Program-made: the position numbers and the translations under genes
The notes under the pieces: generated by a model
Told to the model about the DNA's origin: nothing
The model's input: the letters and a program-made list of their open reading frames with translations, nothing else
The model's database searches: none
Shown: positions 23,546 through 37,500 of the stretch, one piece after another
How the letters are laid out: every line of letters starts with the position of its first letter
How positions within the stretch are numbered: position 1 is the stretch's first letter
NCBI GenBank assembly: GCA_965644265.1
Contig: OZ286461.1
Coordinates: forward strand, 36,456,001-36,520,000
Source of the DNA: Glycera tridactyla
Taxonomy: Eukaryota
DNA length: 64,000 nucleotides
Direction of reading: 5' to 3'

Positions 23546-25913
23546 CAAGAACCCTTAATGCACACGCGCGTATCAAGAACTATCAACAACTATCTCACAA
23601 AAAACGCATGTGATCACCAGCAAAGACTGACAAAAAACTGACAAAATCTTGACCATAACGCATAATGCAGGCTAAAATTTCATTCAATCATGTCCCCACA
23701 TGAATGTTAGTGAATCACATCTTGCTGGTGGTGACTGCAACTTCAATGAAGCATATATATTTTGTTGGACAGGAGTTGATATTTCTGATGACAAGGAAAC
23801 AGGTGGGCCGGCCATGACCTTAGCGGACAAACAAAATTGAACAAAAACAACAACAAATCACTGCCTGCATTATTGTGATGAATGGGTAGCAAGTTGGAAG
23901 GGAAATCTAGGCGGATATTGTACGTATTTAGAGCGAGTTAGCCGTGTCGAGGAGCTGGGCTAACAAATGGCTTGCCTGTCACTGGCTAGTGGGCAACTAA
24001 ATTAGCCCGATAATGGCTGCTCTTAGCTGGCGTTGACCATGTGTGGGCGCTCCATCACAAGCTCGCATTCACTAGAACAGGGCAACTGCTCGTGCGCTTT
24101 TACTGCTGACCTCTCGATGGCCAAAGTCTCTCCATAATGAGCAAAGCTGCGACTGATTAAACCAGATTCTGGCGGAAATAGATTTAAATGGCCTTGGACA
24201 ATGATTCTATACTCCATTCTGAGGCCAGGCTCTTGTAGATACAGCAAAAAGAATGCTTTTTTGCTTGTTGATATACCATATATTACTTGTGCATCGATCG
24301 GACAATGCTTATTTAAAACCTAGTTATGGTGATAGAATATAATTCAATACAAAACCAATACAATGGAATAACGATTACAATAGAAGATCTGGTAGCCATG
24401 GCCGACCCCGAGTCACCTTTGACCAAAGAAGGAAAGCCCATGAAGGAAACTCTTATTGGTCTTCAACCATCATTCATGCAGTCATTTTAGAAGTCTATTA
24501 CACACACTGTACATATATTACAATATACTTCAAACCAAATTCTGAACTCTTGTTCATCTCAGGTACATCTGGGACGATCTATTTCACGAAAAAAAATGAA
24601 TTTTCAGGGATAGAGATATTGGGACAGAAGAATTTACGCATCAAGTTCAAGAATCCCACAAGGGAATTGATTTGATCACTTTTTGAAGATATTGCATTAC
24701 ATCTCTGGATTTACCATCAAATCGAATCCAGTGAGAGTAATTCGCAACCTCACAAAAAAGGGTTGGTTACATGAATGTTACAAGCAAGTCCTTTTAATCT
24801 ATTGCGTCCTGAAGTTCTCGGCTTCGACCTGAGGTGAACAAGGATTAAGACAACATCAATGTGTCCCTAACATGATATTGTGAGGAAAACCCATATTTCC
24901 TCGAATATTGATCACATAATTGTTGAATAATTTAACACGTCACAAAGTACCCGTATGGTGCTTCTTACTCCACAATATATACATATATTTTACCTCACCA
25001 TATTTGTACAACGGGTATGAGCAAACACTCCCAGAAACTTTCCCTGGGATTGGTTGCTACGAGAATGACGTCAGCACATCATGTGACCATACGAACCAGT
25101 CATCTGCTCTCACTGTAATTTCACTATCACCAACAAGTATGTTATTCAAGCTATCGCCTCATATTCAACACATACACTCATATAATGTATAATAGACCTG
25201 AATTCATGATAAAATTATCATCAGTTTCCTTTTAAGAGTGGAATTCCTTTCAAATCAGTTTCAAATCAATATCGGAAATAAGCTCAGAAAATTGAGCCAA
25301 GACATGTCTGAATGTATGCAACAGACAAGAGGACTGACCTTCACTCCTATGAATACAAGGTTCGGACTGATGTAGTAGCCCGTATTCAGAGAGCACCCCT
25401 TATGGCATAGGTGGCGAGTCAGTATATACCTGACTCTAATGACAAACACATCCAGACATAAATGATCTAGACTATTTGATGAAGGATGGGTGATGTAGTG
25501 CGCACGATGTGAAGGGAAATTCCATGCCAAAGTCACGAAGGCAGACCGCTGCAGACAAGGAATCATGAAGAGATGAGGGTTGAACTTGTTCAATATTTCC
25601 TGATTTAGGGAACTTTTTCATAGGTAATGACCATGAAGTGAGAACTACGAATAGGGATTGAAATACTACGACCCGGCAATATTTGACAAAGATGGACTTG
25701 CAGCTACACCCAAGCATGAAGGAAGCCACTTCATCGATTTGGGTGTGTCAGCAGGGTCATTATCTGGACGCTTACTCTCAGATATCTGTTTCAAAAATGT
25801 GTTGAACACACATTGCAAGTGAGGAATGATAACCCCCTACAGAAAATGTTCCTTAACAATGCTCAAATCCAGATATCCGTGACTGATGACCAAACATAGG
25901 TCTGTTGCTGATG

Positions 25914-25967
25914 ACGTATACGTCAGTATGCCAACGTGAATACGTATACGTCAGTATGCCAACGTGA
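25914..25967. repeat. 28-bp tandem duplication
   Basis: ACGTATACGTCAGTATGCCAACGTGA at 25914 and 25942. Confidence 0.9.
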
Positions 25968-26236
25968 CTCCGAACAAGAACCAATACCCTCTCCGCATGT
26001 GTATGCCAGATGCTTTACCTAACGTATTGAGGTACCGAGACTATGATGGTGGTTACAGACCGAAGGCGACAATGATTGACGTACAGATGAGTGACAGGTT
26101 ATGAATATGTGCATGGCTGTCGCATTCATTCTGTAAGCACCATCCCAGTAAACATAAGTGGTCGACAGAACAATGTTGAAACATCGCAGATGTTCCACAG
26201 CCTACCCATGGCCATCTTATAATTACTGGGATTAAA

Positions 26237-26242
26237 TTTATT
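26237..26242 (-). terminator. Candidate polyadenylation signal of HS3ST
   Basis: AATAAA on the minus strand about 40 nt after the TGA. Hexamer evidence only. Confidence 0.35.
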
Positions 26243-26279
26243 TAAAAAAGAGAAAGTATACTAGGAGCATCTACCCATG

Positions 26280-26732
26280 TCATGGCCAACCAAAATCTAT
26301 ATTAGTCATCTGATAAAATTTGGCATTAAACGGTCTATAGAAGTCTCTTAATCGCTTTATTACTTTTGGGTCGACATCCGGATGAACTCGACCTTTGGTC
26401 TTCCCTAAACAATGAGGATTACCGCTGCCTTCAGGCTTCTTTAAACAAGGAAACCCTCTGGTGGAGTTGAAATAGAAATGTTTGTCCGATATCACACGTT
26501 TAAGGCCCAGGAAATCCTGTATTTTTTCCAACTCCGACACAGGGTCGCTTATAAGTCTCTCGCCATTGGCGAAATGCATTTGACTTAGAGGGAAATATTT
26601 GAGCCATCGCTCGAGATGTTTGGCGTATACGCCGATTCGGATTGCTCCCCAGGAGGTGTCAACCAAGCCAGCCTGGTTGTCGATGAATGCCATTTCCTCG
26701 AATGGCCGTATGTCAGGCCGCTTCGTACCGGC
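26280..26732 (-). CDS. HS3ST: Heparan sulfate glucosamine 3-O-sulfotransferase (HS3ST2/3/4/6-type, Hs3st-B-like), last coding exon
   Basis: Acceptor TTGCAG|GCC, phase 0. Encodes ...[27 protein letters not shown]...GERLISDP...[28 protein letters not shown]...[12 protein letters not shown]...[23 protein letters not shown], closely matching the human HS3ST3 C-terminus including the disulfide cysteines. Confidence 0.95.
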   Translation of the reverse strand, partial: AGTKRPDIRPFEEMAFIDNQAGLVDTSWGAIRIGVYAKHLERWLKYFPLSQMHFANGERLISDPVSELEKIQDFLGLKRVISDKHFYFNSTRGFPCLKKPEGSGNPHCLGKTKGRVHPDVDPKVIKRLRDFYRPFNAKFYQMTNIDFGWP

Positions 26733-27120
26733 CTGCAACACACAACAATGAGCAGAATTGTAGACATGATTGAAATTAACATGACTTTACAGGATGAGTG
26801 AATGCATTGAGGATATAGATAGATTTGATGGATGGAGATCGATTAGTCGGGTGATGATGATATATAGATGGACGGACGGACACCAGCAACACCATCATCA
26901 AAATGACAATAACAACAACAAAAACTACAATTACTACAACTACTACTACCATCACTAACAATACCACTACTATTACCACTACCACCAGCATTGCTGCTGC
27001 TGCTACTACTATTTTATTACTACTACTACTACTACTACCACTACTGTATTGTTTTTTACTGTTATATTTTGATACTTGATTGTATGATCGAATACGTCTT
27101 CACGTCTTCACTACTACTCC

Positions 27121-27292
27121 NNNNNNNNNNNNNNNNNNNNNNNNNNNNNNNNNNNNNNNNNNNNNNNNNNNNNNNNNNNNNNNNNNNNNNNNNNNNNNNN
27201 NNNNNNNNNNNNNNNNNNNNNNNNNNNNNNNNNNNNNNNNNNNNNNNNNNNNNNNNNNNNNNNNNNNNNNNNNNNNNNNNNNNNNNNNNNNN
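27121..27292. other. Assembly gap (N run) inside the HS3ST intron, flanked by (TAC)n/(CAA)n
   Basis: Run of N. Other gaps are at 47077-47218, 48448-48855, 56178-56360 and 57007-57142, all next to microsatellites. Confidence 1.
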
Positions 27293-27350
27293 CTACCACT
27301 AAACACACAATACATAGAAAACATCTTGAGTATTTACAAAAGAAACCTAC

Positions 27351-27516
27351 CTGTGTATAGTCAGAGATTGCCCTTGTGACAGGATCGCGTACGACGACGA
27401 TTAGCTTGATATCTCTCGACATGTTGAAGACACGACCTGGTACACCCTTTGTCACGAAGTAACATGGCGTCTTCTCGATCGTGATCTGATCATCGAGCGT
27501 CTTCGGCATCTGCTTC
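27351..27516 (-). CDS. HS3ST: HS3ST penultimate coding exon (166 nt)
   Basis: Acceptor TTTGCAG|G (phase 2) and donor CAG|GTAGGT (phase 0). Encodes [21 protein letters not shown]...[18 protein letters not shown], including the 3'-phosphate-binding motif, and joins the last exon in frame. Confidence 0.95.
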
Positions 27517-29088
27517 CTGCAAACACACAGGGAAAACACATCCATGTTAATCTCATATCGTCAGAGTATAAAAAAGGAATGTCGAAAGGGGGTGTTGGTG
27601 CAGAAGTCTGAAAGAAATTATCATTGCTGAGTTTCTCTTGCTGGATGCCAGTTGCTGTATGGTGCGCTACTAATAAGGAGAACGAACACGAGTTCGAGCC
27701 ATCAACACGAACGACCCATTTATCACGAGAATAACAGGGCATCAGTTTGTCTCTAGGCAACAGTGCGAAGGTTTGAAGGACGAATATAGTATTGGTGCCA
27801 ATTGTGAAGATTAGCAGTGCCAGGAAAGGAAATTCATGAAAAGAGGCATCACAGGGGAAACGACAAGAAAGCATGACCATTATGAGCTTTTGTGTGATAT
27901 TTACCCACTTTCTTCGCATTTAATGCTTGCTATCAATGAAAGGATGGCATGGAGGAACTGCAAACCACATCCTGCTTGGTCATTCATAGGACATGCATCT
28001 GTTCATAACATCACGAACGAGACAGGTGTCCTGGGCTGACCATATTCCCCTTACATACAACACAGTGTTCATATTCTATTACTTCCATTTCCTTGGTATA
28101 TATAAGATTGTTCAGCAGCTAGGATGAAGGCGCGCCACCATATCCGGATTTTGATCCATTACTGCATCAATATATGTGGTAAGTGTAGAATATATATATA
28201 TATAATATGAATAGGGCGTATTTCTCATGGACGCCAGTGCTATGTGCTGTATGCTATGTCATAGAAAGGTGGCATACACCCAAGTAATGCATTGTCACGA
28301 TGGTGTGCATCCGGGTCTTATAGTCAGCTCCCAAATTCTGGTTGTTGATATTATATATATATATATGTATATACATCCATCCCATATTTTAAGCCTCATA
28401 TTGGGACCCATTGATGGCCTCATGCAGAAACTAATACCAGCTAACTTTGTATTTTTCAATGCTATGTCTACTTCACGAAATTTTCTGAGAAGACTGATTG
28501 TTCTATCTAATATATTCAGTTTTATTTCAATGCCACTATTGAATCCTGTAATATACACTTCCCAGTACTGCTATAATGACCATTATCGGGTGAGATGCTT
28601 TAAATCAATAGGGTGCAATCCTTTACCTCTGTTTGAGTAGATGGACCCTCCCATCTTGTGATTGCATTTGTATGTATTGCTTGTGGACGAGTCCCCTTAC
28701 TTTAGAGGGAAATGCCCCCCCCCCCTCTACTTTGGAGGGAAATGACCCCCCCCCCCCTTCCATATGCCGATCTGATATGGAACCGGTACCACATTTGGTG
28801 ACTATTCGGAAATGTCAAAGATTATATCACAGATCCGATCCATGAGGTAATATGCCTTCCAATTTCCAAATACGAATCCTCCCCACTGACACCAATGGAA
28901 CACAAATATATGATAATGTGGAACACAAATTGAAATGCATGATCCATCCTAATGAAGTGAAGGCTGAAGAAACAGTTCGAAGAGTTAAATTTGCAGTAGC
29001 AGTGGATGGATCATTGACCATCTCAATGCCATCTCGAATGTTTGGAAATTTTACAAATGATCATAACATGATTCTGGTATTCTTCATC

Positions 29089-29290
29089 GAAAATTACATC
29101 AAATGAGTACAGGACGCATTCGTGTACGGAAAATTACATCAAATGAGTGCAGGACGCATTCACGTACTGAAAAATTACATCGAATGAGTGCAGGACACAT
29201 TCACGTACTTAAAAATCACATCAAATGAGTGCAGGACGCATTCACGTACGGAAAACTACATCAAATAAGTGCGGGACGCATTCAAGTACC
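29089..29290. repeat. ~40-bp minisatellite x5
   Basis: Unit GAAAATTACATCAAATGAGTGCAGGACGCATTCACGTACG. Confidence 0.95.
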
Positions 29291-30262
29291 AAATGAAATT
29301 ATCATTGTGATTGAAGAAACACTTGGTGAGCGGTGGTTTTGAATACTACTGTAAGCTGTGCATCTAAATGTAGGTGATGGTGAGTTAATATGTGTCAGTG
29401 ATGTTTGTGTTGGCTATCTGTTAAGGCGTGCATATATGCTCAGCTAATCTCATATTAAACACACTGAACGCCGTGCTGAGGATGCGCTACACCGATTACC
29501 TTAAGCCAACTGGCAAACAAAACCAGTCACTTCCTGCGTCATAACATTCGAGATCTGCATTACACAACATCACTTTCCATCCAGTGATGGAACTAAACGG
29601 CCATCAAAGTCCACCAACTTGATTGATTTCCCGAAGATACTCCCATATACTACCGAAAGGTGCATATTTGAGTAGTTTGGTGCTAATCCAATATCATTCA
29701 TACCAGTTGGAGCAAAACATCTGATTTCAGGAATTACCTGGAAATTGCATTACTCGTCTGAACTTCTTCAAATGATAAATTACATGTTGATCTATTCGGA
29801 CATTGGCTGATAGACAGGTGAGATGGGCCTTGGAATCATACCAGAAAACATGGGGAAAATGTTGAATAAAACAGTTTTCCACTGTAGACAATATTGCCTC
29901 TTGACAATCTAGAAATCTATATAGTGTCAGTAGTTGTGGAATATCAGTGATTATAAGCGTACTGGGCTAGTGGCCAGAAACAGCCATCATGGGTCAGTGT
30001 AGGTTCGGTCCCTTGCCATCTAATCGGGCAATTTGCGGATCCCCACCAGACAAATCTGGGAGTATGTTATACCCAATAGACAGATCAATCTTTATATGCT
30101 AGCCACTATATATTCTCACTAGCCCACACGACTGCTTGAGGCAAGTAATCCATGCTGGAAATCTCTTGGTGGTATTTTCATTAGGCTGGCCGTGATCTGC
30201 CTAGCAACTAGAGTGGATATCACCAGCCAAATGATGCTATAATCGATGTTGACCGCCTGCCA

Positions 30263-30293
<31 letters not shown>

Positions 30294-33200
30294 AGCAGGA
30301 ATCATTTTATCATGAATGGACAGAATATAGTGTCTGGCGATGACACTGAATTGTTAGCATATAGTAAATATTATCGTGAGGTTGGTTGTGAATTTTCTGG
30401 ACCTGATGCACTTCTTTTTTTCAAGCCCAGCACTCTGTGAAGAATGCATTGCTCTCCGACATGAGCAGGCATTCATCTGGTTGGAAAAACCATCGATTGA
30501 CTCATTCACCTTCGTGCCGACTGTATCCGAAATAACAACATTTTTCTCTTGGAACATTTCTATAGTTCATAGAAGAGAGTGATGTCTGCATGGGACAAAG
30601 TATGCTGTCCAAACAGACCAGGTATACATAATCATCTTGGTGAGGAATAGAACACCAACCAACGAATCGATCAACAATTCAGCCACTTCGCCTCATGGGA
30701 TTTCATCTAGAAATGCCCTATCCCGTCGAACTGGCCAAGGTGATGAAATTCTGAAACAATCCATGTGTGTTTGTGAATGTATAAAATGACATGGTCAATG
30801 TACATTTCGATATGCTTCCCATCTATGAGTTCTTTCGTGATGAAATGCAGATAATATGGGGGGGGGGGGGGGGTGAATTCCAGTTACTTCTGCTGAATAT
30901 CAACTTGATGAACGGCGGAATGGATACCCTCTCTACACCGAAAACATCCCGTATATATATACGCACGGACTGGCGTGCACATTGTAGAGAATTGGTTGGA
31001 AGTAGAGTCCCAGATGGGAATTGAAGCAGTCCGATTTACATTGGCACCGGCGGAGAGAGAAGGAAAGCAATCCAACTAAAAGCAACGACAATGGTCCGAC
31101 ATTTAAAGGCTTTCTGGCAGCGAACCGCGGTGGGAGGATGTGCCCTCTTTATTAGTTTAGTTGGAACCGAGTGCTAGCCTGTACGCCAGGATGTATAAGC
31201 CCCAACAGTCGTAAACCTGACCTTTACTGCCCAATCGTATAGACTAGGCCACTAGCCTTCCCGCCAATCTTTATCAAATTAATAGACGTCCACATATACC
31301 ACAGCGGCATTACCATGGATTTGTGCTTCCATTGGTTTATTGTACTATAAAAGCTCTGGCCTTCTGCCAATGTCCACATGCCTGTCTCATCTCTAGTGTA
31401 CGCTTCCATGTATCAAAATGGCTACCATATATTTCGGATTTATTCCTCAACTCAAGCAGAAATATATAAAGAATGTGGCTAGAGGATCACGAGCAACTGA
31501 GTATATACAGATTTTCTTCATGTCCGTGAATCAACAAGCTGATTCGTCAGACCAATTAATTGCTTTACCAGACAAACAATCAGTGAAATTTACAGATAAT
31601 ATTGGTACAATAGACAGTTTCAGCTATACTACACACAGTTAACAGTACTTTTCGCATCAAGAATACCCAAGTCATATGAAACCTCGGTATTGGTTTGGTT
31701 GAGCCAACTACAATTTCTATGAAATCTAAACTCATATTCGTTACAGCTGGACTAAAACTACTGGTGTCACTAAACTGAGAGAGTGCAAGTTCGAAAATGT
31801 TACAAATTCAACACAGAATCCTAGTATGGTTGACATTCATGTGCACCCCCTCCCGGAAATGGAGTACTTCCATGAATAGCAACACCAAGGAATCAACGAG
31901 AAATATTTTCGTGGCTTCAACAACTGATAATGAGGTCCTTATGGAAGATTGCTGTGTGTCTACAAACCTCAGTAATAGGGCCCATTGTGAAGTCGTCGTC
32001 ATTGAATCGATATTGGTGCCTGATGTGATCAATAAAGTATAACACTCACTTGACGGCCTGTAGTGATTTGCTGACAACACAATAGCAACTAGATTGTATC
32101 TGATGAAGCAAGAGGGCAATTTACTATCAACGACAAGGCAGCCTTGAAGTGGGTGGAATCATCCAAGAAGCCTTGTTTATCCCTGTCAAACCCTGACCCC
32201 CCCCCCTCGATTCCAAAGGCACCGCTTCAAAGGAATTCAGCAGAATATGAATTCGGCATGATGGACTTTCAACACACGATGCGAGAAGTATCACGCTCCT
32301 TTGAAATCCCATGTCATGATGTTTGTTCAGATATCTTTTGTTATTGTTGCTTATTTCCCCAAACACAGGATACAAGCCCACCAAATGCAAATGGTTATTT
32401 CATTCAGAGCTCCAAAAGTCCGAATTCGGTTGCTGCCATCCCTTCAACGTCGTATGGAGGGCCTATGGAATCCTTAAAATCCAATGCGGTGTTCACCACC
32501 TTCAAGTCCTCAATTCTCAGAATGTGGTTCTTCGAGTGACCAGCATCAGTGTTTATTCTAGCTAGATGAATCTGTCCATCAATACTTCTGATCAGACAAA
32601 GATGCGAATGACTCAAATGCTCATGACTATATTGTCCGGTTAGATGCCGCGCATGATGAGGTAATTTTTCATAATTCCATGCAATCAAACAGATCCCGGT
32701 GGTCAGTGTGTTTCATTTCCATGAATGATACAACCAGACTCTTGGCCTATGCTAACCCCTCTTTACTGCATTCATGCATGGACAGACGCATGACGAATGG
32801 GGCTACGTAAATTCATGTCAGACGTTCTGCCAACTGGGTCAAGTGAAACATTAAGCAGGCCAAGAAATGACCGTCATAACGGGGCATAACGGGACATTGT
32901 GATGGATACGTCCACTCTCAAACAATGCTAAATCAGATTCTCTTAAATGAGTTAGCTGCGTCCATAAAGGCGCTGCTAATGAAAGAGGGTTTACCTTAAT
33001 GGCTTGCCCGAGCGGCATTCGTCTAAGGTCAATACAAGGCGCGATCCTAGGGTCAAGCCGGTCCCGCTGGCAATGAGTGCGCGTCCACGAATTCATTGCA
33101 CGCGGCCAGCGTACTCATTGAGCGATAATCGGTGGATTACACACTCGCCGGACGCCAAAACCCTCTCACTTCTAAAATGAAGGCATCCACTATCATTTCC

Positions 33201-33794
33201 TCAAAAAGAATTACCCAGTTAACATGGAACCATAACTCAAAAGTAACTATCGATGCTATGAATCATATTTTCTTATGTTGCTTCAGATTTCTTGAGACTA
33301 GAACACGTACAGGGTGTGATGAGATGAAAATAAGATGAAGTGATGACGAAAGCTGCTTTGAGATTCAGACAAGAAAGTGTCATCAGATTGTCGAGGAACT
33401 CGATTACGGATGGAACAGAGTGATTGTTGAGGACTTGCTCCGGAATCATATAATTGTCATTGACCTTGGAGGCATCTCAATGTCTTGAGTATCGTTTCCG
33501 ATATCTGGGGAGAGCTCACGCATCAAAAGACGTTATCCAGGCAATAGCAACGCACTCCTAACAAATTGAAATGTATGGCGAATGGATTGAATGTTATTTG
33601 TCATGCATTCCAGTGGAACCTTTCAATTTAGTTACAGAAATATGAATACATTGTTTCCTAAGAAAGTATTCAGCATTCATTAGAGAAGAAGGATAATTAC
33701 CGAGATTGTATTTGATTCAGCATGAGTGTATGGCCGAGATGTGTCACCTGGTCCTACTCATCTCATCTTTTTTTGTAAGCGTGTTTGTAGGTCT

Positions 33795-33960
33795 TCCTGC
33801 CTGCTGTCTGCCTGTCTACCTGCCTGCCTGCCTGCCTAGCCGGATGTATGTGAGCCTCTGTCTATCTATCTGTCATTCATTCATTCATTCATACAGTCAG
33901 TCAGTCAGTCAGTCAGCCTGTCTGTCTGTCTGTCGGTCTGTCGGTCGGTCTGTCCGCCTC
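33795..33960. repeat. Compound tetranucleotide microsatellites (CCTG/TCTG/ATTC/CAGT)
   Basis: Read directly. Similar tracts at 23485-23542 (CA), 30264-30290 (AG), 39190-39345 (GATG/GACA), 43000-43135 and 53220-53432 (CAT/CAC), and 56870-57005 (GAT). Confidence 0.9.
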
Positions 33961-34273
33961 CTTGCTTTCCTTATGTCTATCTGTATATTATATCAGGTTC
34001 CCTCACCTCATTTTCCGAATCCCCTCCTCCCTCTCTCTCTCTCTCCCTCTCTCCATCGAAATACAGATATATAAACCAGACCTGGTTTCCGTTCCAACCA
34101 CACTATCTCATCGTTCGCCTATCTGCCTATCAGGCTGACAAGTGTATGTCTGTCTATACGTAGTAAAACTTCCACAAATATGATATGGTTTTTATTTCAA
34201 GCATACATGACGGTTTTCTTGGCAGGTGACATGCGGATTTCGGTGGATCTAAGCGGGATTAGACGATCTTTCC

Positions 34274-34668
34274 CAATAGGCAGTAGGTCATGTGGAGCTT
34301 CACAATATCTATGTCTTCAATATTCTCCTCCACAACACATCAATAGGCAGTAGGTCATGTGAAGCTTCACAATATCTATGTCTTCAATACTCTCCTCCAC
34401 AACACATCAATAGGCAGTAGGTAATGTGAAGCTTCACAATATCTATGTCTTCAATACTCTCCTCCACAACACATCAATAGGCAGTAGGTCATGTGAAGCT
34501 TCACAATATCTATGTCTTCAATACTCTCCTCCACAACACATCAATAGGCAGTAGGTCATGTGAAGCTTCACAATATCTATGTCTTCAATATTCTCCTCCA
34601 CAACACATCAATAGGCAGTAGGTCATGTGAAGCTTCACAATATCTATGTCTTCAATACTCTCCTCCAC
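34274..34668. repeat. 67-bp minisatellite, ~5.9 nearly identical copies
   Basis: Unit CAATAGGCAGTAGGTCATGTGAAGCTTCACAATATCTATGTCTTCAATACTCTCCTCCACAACACAT starting at 34274, 34341, 34408, 34475, 34542 and 34609. Confidence 0.97.
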
Positions 34669-36514
34669 CTTATCATGAAGAATAATCAAATTTCGTACAA
34701 TAGGCTAACGGAGGGTTGGATCGCCCAATAATAACGGTGATGTTCTTCATGAGTACAGACAGTATTTTCCTAGGTACAGTTCAATTGGTGGGGTTGATGG
34801 AAATACAAATTGCACAGTACCTACATCCAGAAGGAAAGTTGAAAGAGATACTGACAATGAAGCATATTCCGATCCACTTAGCATCGGCCAACCGCCTCTG
34901 CATGATGTTAAGCAGTTAGATGATTGAGATAATGCGTATTTTGTCACGCAAAACCTGAATTCACTCGACATGTATGGAGCAGCATTATAGCGAATCGAAT
35001 ACCACATGCATAGCCAAATAAGCTCATAGGACAATTGTGGGGTTCGTCGTGAACGCATGCATTTCTGTCCCTGGTTCTATAGTCACTAATACATAGTCTT
35101 CCGTGGATCCGGCTGAAGTGGTTTGATGTGGCGTTCGCTTTGGTAGAGGGAGATACTTCAAGAGGGTGACTGACAAGTTAAGTGGTTACATTAGTTAGCT
35201 ACTTAATGTTCAGACAATCCTCAGATAAATAAACGAGAGCAGGGTAGACAGGTAGACAACCTTGTTCAAATATGTTCCCCCTCTCTCTGTAAACCCTCAG
35301 CGTGATCTTGTCACATCATTCCCACATTGTCATATCAACAGTGAAACCCAAATACAAATCGTACTCAATAATATTTCATAAGTCTAATTTTGTTATGGTA
35401 AGTCCATTCGCTGGTGTTTTTGACAAGTCAGTCTCCTGGGAATATGTTGCGTGTGTGTGTGTGTGTGTGTGGGGGGGGGGAGTAATGGAGAAGGGGGGGG
35501 GGTTGTTCAGTAGAGATGAGTGTACGTCTATATGGGTTAGTGAGCCTCTACGTGTATATATTTCCCACAAGTACCTACAATGTATATTAGCCATATGCCA
35601 CCCTCGGGTAGCTAATCTCTCACATATATCCAAGCAGATAGAATCTGAGTGTAGAGGTCAGAGAAATCTAGATTTATGGTAATCGGTTGGTGGTGATTGT
35701 CGGAGAATGCTGGTAGTCAGCTGATGGATTGCTCAGCAAGATATGTAGCCCTGTCATGGACCAGTCATGGAATTGATTGAGTGGCCCCATGCCTACTGAC
35801 ACATTTCCCTTGCTGCCAGACCAAACAATCTGCAGGCCAGCTGCTAGGCCAGCCGAGTGCGAGACAAAACTGCTGTAATGCAACACTTTTGTGCGCCGCG
35901 ATTACCCTTCTGTTAGATAGAATATCACACCCGAATTCTACAGATAGCATCATCCATAGAGTTAGATATATGTGTTTGTATATACAAATATACATACAGA
36001 CTCACATACATGCACGTGCATGTGGGAGTATTGGTTGGGCTATACCTTGCAAAGGGAATGCCTGTCACAATCTGAGACTCCTCTATCTAAGGTGGAATGG
36101 GAAAAAACAGACACCCGAAGTAAAATGATTATTGACAGGCACCTGGAATCGTATACAACATAATCTATTATCGAGATGCAAATGAGTTATCCATTCACAT
36201 GAGATGAAGATCAAGTACCAAAACCATCCGAAACGCGCGTTGATCCAAACAGCATTGATGAACGGCATTTCTGTCAATTCGTAACTACATTTCGAATTAT
36301 TTCAGCTTTCACAGTCGGAAGTAATTCACACATTGTTTTGAGTCCACGTGTGCTTAATTTGGTTCTCCCCATTAGCATCACATTCACTATAAAACGATGA
36401 AAGAGAGCACGTGAAGCCAAGAAAGTGTTGAACATTAGGATTCGAGTCAGGTGATAGGGTCATTAGCAGTTTGTAAACACGGGTGATACATGCATTCAGG
36501 AGCTGCCACTATGC

Positions 36515-36660
36515 CCTCACCTGACTATTTGTGCCCGGAAATGTACTCGATGATTACAAGATGGCGGCGACCTCCATGACATCTGAATGTGCGCGTGCGC
36601 GGCGTGATAACTAGGTCATGACGTGTGCTGGCCAATCAGTCATTGTTGCCTGCCAATCAG
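36515..36660 (-). promoter_or_regulatory. Candidate Pol II promoter with short first exon and splice donor
   Basis: Two CCAATCAG boxes 21 bp apart (36632, 36653), GTCATGACGTG, an NRF1-like GCGCGTGCGC, a YY1-type CAAGATGGCGGC (36557-36568), an ETS-like CCGGAAAT, and a minus-strand donor CAG|GTGAGG at 36521/36520. Confidence 0.4.
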
Positions 36661-37199
36661 CAACTAACATCAGCCTCACAGTCTCCCTGCTTACTTTGTA
36701 CATTTCTGACTCTCCGATTGCATGAATGGCAAACTATTCGTGCTTATCGCTACTGGAGGCAATTTGAATGACTATTCGAGTAATGCAAAGGGTCTATTCA
36801 TTCAATGGAATACCATATGAGAACTCCAAAGGGGAAACCGGAATGGACCTTGATGAGGTTGACAAACAAACTTTCATCTGTCAGTATCTCTGACCTTGGG
36901 ACATTCGCACTCCAACCCTATGACCAAGCAAGGAAAAGGATCGATATTCAATATCGCCATCACCTATATCAAGCGAAGCACTCGCATTGTGATTCCAACC
37001 TTGAACAAACAAGTTATGGTACAACTTTCAAAAAGTAACGATGCAGAATTGCACCACTTGTGGAATGGAATGAAAGGACATTGACCTAAAAAGAGGATGC
37101 ATTACTACAGAATCTCTGGTTTTGCATCACCGGTATGAAGAAATACCCCCGTTTGTTGCAACAAGTGGATCCATCAAGTATTAAAAATATTCGGTAAAT

Positions 37200-37500
37200 A
37201 TCGATAACTTTCTGGTCGGCTTGCTGCTGGATCATCTGGATATTGAGAATGACTTCACCGGCAACTCATTGATTGTGAGGAAAGCTTTCTTTAGGTGAAC
37301 ATCCTATTAGTCTGATAACGTATTCACTTATGTACATCAACATGATTTGATGAAGCCTTTATGGAAGCTTTGATGAAGCATTTTTATGAGTGGGAAAACA
37401 GAATCGTTTAGTGAGACGGGCCACAGGTAGTCATAATAGGGGTTTTATGGAGCAGCAGTAGTACCAACAAGCCATTCACACAGCGCTACCAATATTGACA
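37200..37500 (-). mobile_element. Possible highly decayed LINE RT fragment
   Basis: Short minus-strand peptides YLWPVSL (cf. YRPVSL) and VHLKKAFLTIN (cf. DLKKAFDTVN) in the expected order. Weak evidence. Confidence 0.3.

Noticed and set aside
29500-32700. Cys-rich and hAT-like peptide scraps on the minus strand (ACSCRR, ALLLRFVD, CRCGIC)
   Set aside because: The motifs are too short and inconsistent to assign a transposase family by eye; a frameshift-aware HMM search is needed.
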